Assembly: GCA_048938025.1 (NCBI GenBank)
Contig: JBHLMP010000005.1
Span: forward strand, 1 to 64,000
DNA: 64,000 bases
Reading direction: 5' to 3'
DNA from: Promethearchaeota archaeon
Lineage (GTDB): Archaea; Asgardarchaeota; Lokiarchaeia; Sigyniarchaeales; SOKP01
The position numbers were made by a program, and so were the translations under genes. Numbering within the stretch: the first letter of the stretch is position 1; each line of letters starts with the position of its first letter. Under the pieces are notes generated by a model. It ran no database searches, was not told where the DNA came from, and saw only the letters and a program-made list of their open reading frames with translations. Positions 10,872 through 19,482 of the stretch are shown here, piece by piece.

Positions 10872-11624
10872 TTAAATAATGTTTTGTATTGTTTTTGAGA
10901 TTTTATCTAAATTAACTTCAGCCATTCCAAGTGGAACTGTAGAATCAAATAAAATCACGATAATTAATGGTTCTAATTTCCAAGGTATTTCAATGATTTT
11001 TGAAAATATTTTTTGATTGTTTTCTAAACTGTAAAAGGTCATGTTAAATTCATGAGCTACCTTATATCGAATTTCTAATTCTTTTAATGATGATAATAAG
11101 ATATCTTGAGGAAGAGATGAATAAATTACTTTTCCGTTAATTGAAAAAAGTGCTGCTCCAATAATTTCATTTTCAAAAACTAGGGTTTTAATGTGCTCTA
11201 TTATTTTTCGATATAACGCTCTGCTTGATGTTAATTCAGCTTCTCCTGTAATTATAGAATTAATCTTGAGATCAAATGCTCGATTTTCAATTATTTGATA
11301 AGCATCAAGATCAGCTGTTTTTAAGAATTCTCCAAATGCATCTATTATACTAGCTAATCGAGAAGTAATAAATAGTAAACTTGCACTTGAATCTGATAAG
11401 ATAGTATATATGAAATCTTTCTGTATTCTGAAAACAAACCGAAAATCACCCATTTCGATAATTTCAGGGGTTTGTTGCATTATTACATTTTCAGAGAAGG
11501 AAAAAATAGCTGAAAAGAAAGGTGTAATCAAATTTGGCTCAATATTTTCAAAATCTTCTGTGAAATTCCTACTATAAATGCAAACTCCTGCCTTTGTTAG
11601 AATAAATAAAGAATGTATTTTCAT
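10872..11624 (-). CDS. longin-like plus roadblock/LC7-like domain protein (Asgard-type ESP)
   Basis: N-terminal SLFILTKAGVCIY...LITPFFSAIFSFS (longin-like); C-terminal IIGAALFSINGKVIYSSL...IVILFDSTVPLGM (roadblock-like). Confidence 0.7.
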   Translation of the reverse strand: MKIHSLFILTKAGVCIYSRNFTEDFENIEPNLITPFFSAIFSFSENVIMQQTPEIIEMGDFRFVFRIQKDFIYTILSDSSASLLFITSRLASIIDAFGEFLKTADLDAYQIIENRAFDLKINSIITGEAELTSSRALYRKIIEHIKTLVFENEIIGAALFSINGKVIYSSLPQDILLSSLKELEIRYKVAHEFNMTFYSLENNQKIFSKIIEIPWKLEPLIIVILFDSTVPLGMAEVNLDKISKTIQNII

Positions 11625-11751
11625 TAAGATAAAAACTGTATACTTATTTTAAATTTAATTAAAGAAATTTAGTCTTATAAGTATTATTAAAAGCATATTT
11701 ATGATATTTTTGCATATTTCATCAATTAACCTTGAAAAACCTAGTTAATTT

Positions 11752-12606
11752 TTACATATTTTGAGCATTCTTAATTTCTAACTCTATTTCTTCCCATGTA
11801 GCCATTCTCTTGATGATTGGTTTTCCATTTATACGCACTCCTCTGGAAATTCCAAATTTTTCAATTGTTTTCCTTTCATCAGTATTAATGAATTTAAACG
11901 TAATTTCATGGTATTTCTTTTTTTTAACTTTAATCTCATCAACCATATATTTTGACCAAGGACATTGGCTATTAAAAAAGATTTCTACAATCATTTTTTC
12001 ATTTTTATTAAGAGATTCTGGCTTAGAACTGATAAATTTTGGTTGAATTTCAACACCTAAATTACGGTATAGTAGAATACGGCTTCCATCCCTATCAACC
12101 TCTTTAAATCCATATTTTTTAAAAAAACTTGAGGGCATATAATTTATAGAAGTTCCAAACCATCTATCACCTTCATATGAAATAACACTAGCTCCACCAA
12201 ATTTTGTTGCACTAGTGATAAATTTTTCTAAAAGTGATTTTCCTACTCCAGTTAGCCAAAAAGGTGGTAATATCCACATACAATTAATAAAAAGACCTTT
12301 ACCTTCTACTGGTTCAAGAGCGAATTTAATTGGAATACCTTCAAGCAATCCCATTGGTACCTTCCCATGTAAAGCTAAATCTGAATGTTTCATTTTACCT
12401 GCCCATTTATAATGGATTAATTGAGGTTTTGGCTTTTCCAAAGCTACAAATATTGTAAGTCCTTTCACCATCATTTTTTTAATCCATGCAATTCGATTTT
12501 TCATGGCAGGCTGCATTTTTTTTCTTTCTTGTCTACCGATACTAGGATCAAGGCAAATTGCTCCCACGTAATCAAGCTTATCTTCCGATATTTTCTCAAC
12601 ATTCAC
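11752..12606 (-). CDS. GNAT acetyltransferase with C-terminal YoaP/thioredoxin-like domain
   Basis: FINCMWI...GVGKSLL, FFKKYGF, C-terminal SQCPW and GVRINGKP; GTG at 12606 follows an AGAGGG SD. Confidence 0.7.
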   Translation of the reverse strand: MNVEKISEDKLDYVGAICLDPSIGRQERKKMQPAMKNRIAWIKKMMVKGLTIFVALEKPKPQLIHYKWAGKMKHSDLALHGKVPMGLLEGIPIKFALEPVEGKGLFINCMWILPPFWLTGVGKSLLEKFITSATKFGGASVISYEGDRWFGTSINYMPSSFFKKYGFKEVDRDGSRILLYRNLGVEIQPKFISSKPESLNKNEKMIVEIFFNSQCPWSKYMVDEIKVKKKKYHEITFKFINTDERKTIEKFGISRGVRINGKPIIKRMATWEEIELEIKNAQNM

Positions 12607-12786
12607 AAATTTTTCCCTCTTTATCAAAAAATTAATGAAAAAAATAACTAGTTCCAAAAATTTTTAATTTATTTAGTAATTTAAAAAATGAATTTTTATG
12701 TAAATTTGTACTTTAGTTATGAATTTTTTTTCATAATAAAGACGTTTAAATATCAATTTTTATTTAATTTAAATATAAAAGTTATG

Positions 12787-12804
12787 AGTTGTATGTTCAC
12801 AACT
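12787..12804. promoter_or_regulatory. inverted repeat AGTTGT-N6-ACAACT, putative operator
   Basis: Lies between the TATA-like tttaaatataaa (~12768-12780) and the thioredoxin start. Confidence 0.45.
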
Positions 12805-12833
12805 TTCGATAAATAAAAGAAGAATGTTGAAAA

Positions 12834-13235
12834 ATGTCTGATGATGAATTAGAAAAAATAAGACAGAGAAAGGTAGAAATGTTATTAAAACAGCAATCAA
12901 TACCAAATGAAATTATAAAACTTCATGATATTAACGATTTGAATAAATTGACAAAGGATTTTCCAGATAAGATCGTAATAATAGATCTCTGGGCGGTATG
13001 GTGCGGACCCTGTAAGATCTTTGCCCCAATTTTTGAGAAATTACAAAAAGAATATTCTAATGATTTCATATTTGCTAAAGATAATGTTGATGAAAATCCG
13101 TCTATTGCACAATATTTTGGCGTTACAGCAATTCCAACCACTCTCTTTATTAAGAACGGGAAACTTGTAAGGAAATTTGTTGGAGTAATGAATTATGATA
13201 CCTTAAAACAAATTCTCGAAAAACTTAAATCTTAA
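12834..13235 (+). CDS. trxA: thioredoxin
   Basis: WAVWCGPC active site, AIPT cis-Pro motif, archaeal N-terminal DDELEKIR helix. Confidence 0.92.
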   Translation: MSDDELEKIRQRKVEMLLKQQSIPNEIIKLHDINDLNKLTKDFPDKIVIIDLWAVWCGPCKIFAPIFEKLQKEYSNDFIFAKDNVDENPSIAQYFGVTAIPTTLFIKNGKLVRKFVGVMNYDTLKQILEKLKS

Positions 13236-13305
13236 ACCAGCTCAATTGTGCAATTTATCCTTTTTATTTTAATTTTTCAAAAAAAAGTACAAATAGTGAA
13301 ATCTC

Positions 13306-13752
13306 TTGGAAAGTATTTCTAACCAATTAAAAAACATGTTAGAAGATAAAAACATTTATAGAAGTGATAATTTGTTTAAATGCATTCTTGGTCTTAACGA
13401 ATTAGAATCAGCCATTTTTTCCTATTTATTAAAAAATAAAAAAGTTAGTACATCAGAATTAAAAGAAGTATTTAATAGAGATAGAAGTTCAATTCAGAGG
13501 GCACTACTAAATTTAATTGAACTCAAAATTATTAGGAGAGAATCGATGTCTAGAAAAGAATTCTTTGAATTGAAAGGAAAAAAAGATATAAATAAACGGG
13601 GATATCTATACATTTATAGTGCAAAGGACTTAGAAGTTGTAAAAAAGCAATTTCGCGAATTATTAGATAAATGGTATCATTCCATGATAAATTATATTGG
13701 AAATTTAGATAGTACTTTTGATTGCTATAAAAATGAAGGACGACTATGTTAA
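13306..13752 (+). CDS. winged-helix transcriptional regulator (TrmB-like/COG3355-like)
   Basis: KCILGLNELE, DRSSIQRALLNL, RGYLYIY; co-oriented with trxA. Confidence 0.75.
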   Translation: MESISNQLKNMLEDKNIYRSDNLFKCILGLNELESAIFSYLLKNKKVSTSELKEVFNRDRSSIQRALLNLIELKIIRRESMSRKEFFELKGKKDINKRGYLYIYSAKDLEVVKKQFRELLDKWYHSMINYIGNLDSTFDCYKNEGRLC

Positions 13753-13874
13753 TTCTTAACTATTCATTAGCTTCATTCTAAACATATGAATATATTATTT
13801 AAATTCATTTAATATTTGCCTTGTTTTTACTTTTTAAAAGATTTTAATATTTTAGTATATATTTTAAGTTAATT

Positions 13875-14636
13875 ATGAAAGAAATTGATAATGTTACATA
13901 TTTTAATATTAATGATATTAGCGATATGTTCCATAAAAAGATAAGTGCAAATGAAATAAGAGGATATTTTGAAGAGGGTAAAATTAAAGGAAAAAAAATA
14001 GAAAATAAGTGGCATGCGACTCAAGATGCTATTGATAATTTTATGAAAGTATTATCTGAAGAAAGGGCTGTGATGGTAGGACCCCAGGAAATTGATTTGT
14101 CAAATCTTGGATTAAAGGGGAGAATTTTAGATATTGGAGGGGGTGGGGAAGGAATCATAGGACAAGTTAAAGGTGAACAAGTTATTGCGATCGATCACTC
14201 TAAAAGAGAATTAGAAGAAGCTCCTGATACTGGAGAATTAAAAATAATAATGGATGCTAAAGATTTACAATTTTTAGATAATACATTTAATACAGTCTCA
14301 GTATTTTTTACCATGATGTATATCCCTATTGCTGATCACAAAAAAATATTTGAAGAAATTTATAGAGTTTTAAAAGAAAATGGAGAATTTATGCTCTGGG
14401 ATTTGATTATACCAAGGAAAGGTAAAGAGAAAAGAGATATTTATGGTATATATCTTAAAGTAAAAATCTATGATAAAATAATAGATTCCGGTTATGGAGT
14501 ATTATGGGATAAAGAACAAGATATGAAGCACTACTTAGACTTGGCTAAAGAAGTTGGGTTTGAAATAATCAAGAAAAAGGAAGAAAAAGATCATTTCTTT
14601 GCAAGATTCAGAAAAGTTGAATCAGTAAAAAGTTGA
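13875..14636 (+). CDS. N-terminal excisionase-like HTH fused to class I SAM methyltransferase
   Basis: EIRGYFEEGKIKGKKIENKW (HTH_17-like); ILDIGGGGEG, MDAKDLQF, EIYRVLKENG. Confidence 0.75.
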   Translation: MKEIDNVTYFNINDISDMFHKKISANEIRGYFEEGKIKGKKIENKWHATQDAIDNFMKVLSEERAVMVGPQEIDLSNLGLKGRILDIGGGGEGIIGQVKGEQVIAIDHSKRELEEAPDTGELKIIMDAKDLQFLDNTFNTVSVFFTMMYIPIADHKKIFEEIYRVLKENGEFMLWDLIIPRKGKEKRDIYGIYLKVKIYDKIIDSGYGVLWDKEQDMKHYLDLAKEVGFEIIKKKEEKDHFFARFRKVESVKS

Positions 14637-14691
14637 GAATTTGACTTAAAAAACATAGCTTACGTTAAACTAATAAAAAAGCTAAAGAAAA

Positions 14692-15048
14692 TTGAAATGT
14701 TTTATCTCTATGCTGAATGGTTTAAAATTGCTTGGAATTATTTTATTTAGTTTTACAACAGATCTATTATTTGCATCAATAATATTGTTCTTTTGGAGTT
14801 TCTATTTCCCCCTAATTAATGTTGCTTATTGGACTGTCCTGCAAGAAAGAGTACCTCATGAGGAACTTGGTAAAATTACTGGAGTTATATTTACTTTAAC
14901 TTCAGCTTTAGGTCCAGTTTCTACAATGATGACCGGATATTTGATGGAATTTGTATCAATTACACTCCCCTTTTTACTTTTTGGCATAGCTTTTATAGTC
15001 TGTTTTATTTTAGTTTATTTAAGTAAAGAAACAAGAGTCCTAAGATAA
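14692..15048 (+). pseudogene. C-terminal fragment of an MFS transporter
   Basis: LQERVPHEELGKITG and about 4 TM match the C-terminal part of an MFS; no N-terminal half upstream. Confidence 0.6.
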
Positions 15049-15152
15049 TCTTTGGATAATAGTAGTTCTTATATTTATAATAGTTCATCACCCATTATTT
15101 TATTAAGTAAATATCTTTTAATTTTATTGATAAGATTTTAAAGGGATTAATA

Positions 15153-16058
15153 GTGAGTAAAAGTTCTTTTTCTGAGCATTTATTCCAATATCGGTCTGTA
15201 GAAAGGAAGAAACTCTATATCTCTCTGATTATTACTACGACTGTTATGGTTTTAGAAATTATAGGTGGTTTAATTACAAATAGTATTGCGTTACTCAGTG
15301 ATGCGGGTCATATGTTCACTCATAGTTTCGCTATTGGAATAAGTTTATTAGCTATTAATATTGCATGTAAACCTCCTTGTCATCATAAAACTTTTGGTTT
15401 ATATCGAGCTGAGGTGTTGGCAGCTTTCATTAATGGTTTATTTCTTATTCCTATTGTAGGGATAATGATATATGAAGCTATTCTTAGGTTTTTAAATCCT
15501 AAAGAAGTATTTGGTTTTTATATGTTATTAATTGCTCTTATAGGTCTTTTTGTAAATCTAACAAGTATTGGAATCCTACAAGGAAGCCGGAATAACAATT
15601 TGAATGTTAAAAGTGTGTTTTATCATATGATTGGAGATGCCGCATCGTCTATAGGAATTGTAGTGGCTTCGATTATTATACTTTATACTAATCTCAATAT
15701 ACTTGATCCTATTGTAAGTATCGGGATATCAATGGTAATTCTTTATTGGGCTTGGAGTGTATTAAAAGAATCTACAAGAATATTACTTGAAATGGCACCA
15801 AAGGGATTGAATATCGATACTATTAATGATGATTTGAAAAGTACCTTTAAAGAGATTAAGGAAATTTATAATGTGCATCTTTGGACAATCACACCTGATA
15901 TGCTCATGTTTTCTGCTTATATAAAAATTGATGATGAGATAAAAGCTAATCAAGACTTAATTCCTGAAATTAATATCTTTTTATTCAAAAAATATAATAT
16001 AATTGAATCAACGATACAAGTAATGCCTAAAAATGCCATAGAGGCCTGTAATATTTAA
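15153..16058 (+). CDS. czcD: cation diffusion facilitator (CzcD/ZitB-like) transporter
   Basis: SIALLSDAGHM, TFGLYRAEVLAAFIN, HMIGDAASS, LDPIVS, VHLWTIT. Confidence 0.9.
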   Translation: MSKSSFSEHLFQYRSVERKKLYISLIITTTVMVLEIIGGLITNSIALLSDAGHMFTHSFAIGISLLAINIACKPPCHHKTFGLYRAEVLAAFINGLFLIPIVGIMIYEAILRFLNPKEVFGFYMLLIALIGLFVNLTSIGILQGSRNNNLNVKSVFYHMIGDAASSIGIVVASIIILYTNLNILDPIVSIGISMVILYWAWSVLKESTRILLEMAPKGLNIDTINDDLKSTFKEIKEIYNVHLWTITPDMLMFSAYIKIDDEIKANQDLIPEINIFLFKKYNIIESTIQVMPKNAIEACNI

Positions 16059-16165
16059 GAACTCCTTTTTGATTATAAAATAAATATTTAAATAATATTA
16101 TATCGATTCTATTTATTATTAGCAATTTATAAAAAAAATAATGAGGTATTAAAGAGGTGTTTTAA

Positions 16166-16621
16166 ACGTCATCTGAGAGAAAAGTAGATCCTTTTTCTGC
16201 TTTGATATTGGTAATTAGCGTAATTGGAATTATTATGGTAGCAGCTCTTTTATTTGCTGGTTTTTATTTACCAGGTTATGGAAATAGATTTGCATGTTTT
16301 GGCTGTGAATATAGTACTACCGGTGATGCAGCAGCACGAATTATTATGATAATCCTATTAATTGCTCAAATAGTTCTGGCTATAAATGAATTGCTCCCTG
16401 AAAAATTTATTAACATTGAATTTATAAATATCAATGTAATTGGCATGATTTTATCTGGTTTAACGATCCTCTTTGCTCTTATAGGGCTTGGTGCATTTGG
16501 AATAAATTATGGAGCAATAGATGGATATGAATGGTGGCCTGAGGCAGGATTTTATGGTGGAATCATAGCAGGAATTGTCAACGTCATTTTGTTTACCTTA
16601 AAATTTTTAAACAAAATTTAA
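16166..16621 (+). CDS. 4-TM membrane protein, hypothetical; probable ACG start
   Basis: Frame open upstream of TTG 16202 to ACG 16166, preceded by in-frame TAA and GAGGTG at 16154-16159; CxxC in the first loop. Confidence 0.6.
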   Translation, partial: TSSERKVDPFSALILVISVIGIIMVAALLFAGFYLPGYGNRFACFGCEYSTTGDAAARIIMIILLIAQIVLAINELLPEKFINIEFININVIGMILSGLTILFALIGLGAFGINYGAIDGYEWWPEAGFYGGIIAGIVNVILFTLKFLNKI

Positions 16622-16678
16622 AATCTCTTTTTCTTTTTATTGAGTTTAATAGAATAAATAACTTTATTTTCTCTTTTT

Positions 16679-17335
16679 TTAAGTAATTATTATTGTTATT
16701 AAAGTCAATAATCCAATAATTATAAAAACAGATGAGGAAATTAGTTTAAGATGAAATTTCGATATTTTTTTAGCTATTATTGCTCCAAAAAAAATACCTA
16801 TCCATGCTACGCAAACAAGAGCGAAAAAGGCACCCATCCATACCTCAATTGGACGATTAAATCGAGAAGCCATAGTAATTGTTAAAATTTGAGTTTTATC
16901 ACCTAACTCCATTAAAAATATGAAAATAAATCCAGCTAAATAGGGATTTCTTCTTAATTTTACGAGTCTATTTTTTAATTTATTTGTATCTTCATTATCA
17001 TCAATTTCAATATATCCTTCCAAACGTTCTCCAGATTTTGAAATTTTTCTCGCTAAATAGAGTTTTTTGAGAGAACGAGCCTCTAAGATTCCAATTAAAA
17101 TGAATATTATTGCAGACACTAAAGATATTATTATGAGTGGAATAAAACGAGTTATTATTATTCCAAAAATTACCCCAATTGTTACAATTAATGCAAAACC
17201 AATTGTAACGCCTATTCCAACTTTATAAAATTTTTCATATTCTAAGGCAAGATTAAAAACAATTAATTGGGTTTTATCACCTAATTCTCCAAGGAATAAA
17301 ATCCCAAAGGTTATAAAAAGTACAATTAAATCCAT
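16679..17335 (-). CDS. TMEM165/GDT1 (UPF0016) Mn/Ca transporter
   Basis: Two ELGDKTQ signature motifs. Confidence 0.92.
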   Translation of the reverse strand: MDLIVLFITFGILFLGELGDKTQLIVFNLALEYEKFYKVGIGVTIGFALIVTIGVIFGIIITRFIPLIIISLVSAIIFILIGILEARSLKKLYLARKISKSGERLEGYIEIDDNEDTNKLKNRLVKLRRNPYLAGFIFIFLMELGDKTQILTITMASRFNRPIEVWMGAFFALVCVAWIGIFFGAIIAKKISKFHLKLISSSVFIIIGLLTLITIIIT

Positions 17336-17518
17336 TGATATAAAAAAATCAGGTTCTGATTAAAATTTACTGATTTTACTATTTCATTTCCCTATTTTTT
17401 AGAAGGTTAACCAATATAGATATTGAAAATCAATATTGTTTTTTATTTATATTTTAAGTTATTAATTTTATTAAAGATAATAAATTGATTTAAATTTCGA
17501 ACTGAAAAATCACTTATA

Positions 17519-17532
17519 TTAGATAAGCCTAA
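17519..17532. promoter_or_regulatory. DtxR/MntR-like operator TTAGATAAGCCTAA
   Basis: 12/14 identity to TTAGGTTAGCCTAA; between divergent UPF0016 and FTR1 genes. Confidence 0.55.
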
Positions 17533-17606
17533 AATTTAATATTCACAAATTTTTTAATAGATCATAGGATTAAATTAAGGTTATGATTATAAAAGAGAGG
17601 AGTTAA

Positions 17607-18527
17607 TTGGTATCGATAATTGATTTAATAGTACCCTCACTTTTAGCATTTCGAGAAGGTTTAGAAGCAATATTAGTGATAGTTATAATACTCTTATATT
17701 TAAAGAGTACCAATCAGCGAATTTATTACAAATATGTGTTCATTGGGAGTATTTTAGCAATTATTTCAAGTATTGTATTCGCTATTATATTTACAGCAAT
17801 ATTAGGCGGATTTAGTGGTACTCTTGAAGAAACTTTTGAGGGCTACACTTTCATAATTTCTGGAGTTTTTATTATAACATTAATCTTATGGATTAGTAAA
17901 GAAGGTCCGAAAATGAAAAAAACATTAGAAGAAAAAGTAGAATTTTCAATTGAAACGGGGAAGATTATATCCATCTCTATTCTTACTTTTATAATAATTC
18001 TAAGAGAAGGAATAGAATTGGTACTTTTGCTAATTGGAGCCACATCAGTCGGATCTCTTAATCAAGCAGAAGTGATATTAGGATCTTCTATTGGTTTAAG
18101 CATTTCAGTCGGAATCGGTTTGTTATTTTTTTATGGCATTAAAACCATTAATCTATCAAAATTCTTTAAAATTTCTAATGTAGTTTTAATTTTATTTGCA
18201 GCTGGTTTGATTACCTATGGAATTCATGAACTTATAGAAGCGGGCGTTACAAATCCAATTGTCGAAAATGTGTGGAATATGAAAAATATATTACCAGAAA
18301 GCTACCCTGACGGTAACCCAGCAACTCCAGTATGGCTTGAAATTATAGGTTCACTATTAAAAGCATTATTTGGTTATAACGCGAATCCCTCTTTGTTAGA
18401 AATAATAATTTATCCGACATTGTTAATTTCAATAGGTTTGATTTCAATGAAATTATGGAAACGAAATAATATCATAATTTTAAACCAATATCCCCAGAAT
18501 GAAATTCAGGAACAGAAAAATCAATAA
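17607..18527 (+). CDS. FTR1/EfeU family iron permease
   Basis: Two REGxE motifs (FREGLEA, LREGIEL), GIHELIEAG. Confidence 0.92.
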   Translation: MVSIIDLIVPSLLAFREGLEAILVIVIILLYLKSTNQRIYYKYVFIGSILAIISSIVFAIIFTAILGGFSGTLEETFEGYTFIISGVFIITLILWISKEGPKMKKTLEEKVEFSIETGKIISISILTFIIILREGIELVLLLIGATSVGSLNQAEVILGSSIGLSISVGIGLLFFYGIKTINLSKFFKISNVVLILFAAGLITYGIHELIEAGVTNPIVENVWNMKNILPESYPDGNPATPVWLEIIGSLLKALFGYNANPSLLEIIIYPTLLISIGLISMKLWKRNNIIILNQYPQNEIQEQKNQ

Positions 18528-19454
18528 AAATATTGTTAAGATAATTCCCTCTTTCCAATAGATCTGCTTCTTTTTTGCAGTATAATTGAAATAGATTAAT
18601 AATATAAAGAGAATAAACCAATTCCATAAGATGATTAAAGAAAAATTGAAATTTACGATAATAATTCCACTTATGCCAAATGTTATTGCTAAATTCCAAA
18701 AAACCTTACCAATCATCCCTCCTAAACCTATTTCTATACTTTTCTTTCTTATTGATTTGAAAACTAGAGTTAATTCCTCTACATTCGTGACAAAAGCAAT
18801 TATAACAAGTCCAAAAAAAGCTTCTGGAATATTAGTAAGTTTAATTATTTGTTCTGCAGAATAGATGAGCAATTCTCCTCCTAGAAGTATGAAAACAAAC
18901 CCAATAATAGTTAATATAACTTTCTTTCTTTTCAAATTTTGCGAAAATTTTTGAATAACAACATTTTGAAGCTCATTTGTATCTAAATTAATTCCTATAT
19001 CGCTATCTTGTTTTAATTGTTTTAAATTCAAGTTAAGATAAATAAAATAGATGATTATTACGATAAAACCAACCACAATAAATCCATAATTGACTAAGAA
19101 CCCAATTGCAATGAAAATCATACAAATATATAGTAAAAGGAAATAATATTGAGGAACTGATTTAAAACTAATTTTATAGAAAAAGGCGGGAATAGCAAAA
19201 CTAATTGTTAAAGCGATTATGGAATTGCCGATTACATTTCCTACAGCTATATAAGGGAATCCATTTACTGCTGCAATAATCGAAGCTATTGATTCTTCTG
19301 GGTCAATTCCAAGAATCAATGAACCAATTATAAAGGGAGATAATCCATAAATGAAACATATTTCCTTTAAGTTGTCCAGGAAGAGATCAGCAGCAAAAAA
19401 TATTACTAAATAACCAATGATAAATAACAAAATAAATATTAATAGAACCAGCAT
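18480..19454 (-). CDS. Na+/Ca2+ antiporter (CaCA, YrbG-like)
   Basis: Alpha-repeats GIDPEES..AVGNVIGNS and FVTNVEEL..GGMIGK; two repeated TM halves. Confidence 0.8.
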   Translation of the reverse strand: MLVLLIFILLFIIGYLVIFFAADLFLDNLKEICFIYGLSPFIIGSLILGIDPEESIASIIAAVNGFPYIAVGNVIGNSIIALTISFAIPAFFYKISFKSVPQYYFLLLYICMIFIAIGFLVNYGFIVVGFIVIIIYFIYLNLNLKQLKQDSDIGINLDTNELQNVVIQKFSQNLKRKKVILTIIGFVFILLGGELLIYSAEQIIKLTNIPEAFFGLVIIAFVTNVEELTLVFKSIRKKSIEIGLGGMIGKVFWNLAITFGISGIIIVNFNFSLIILWNWFILFILLIYFNYTAKKKQIYWKEGIILTIFLLIFLFLNFILGILV

Positions 19455-19482
19455 TTTAATTTGAAATTAATAGATAATTTCA

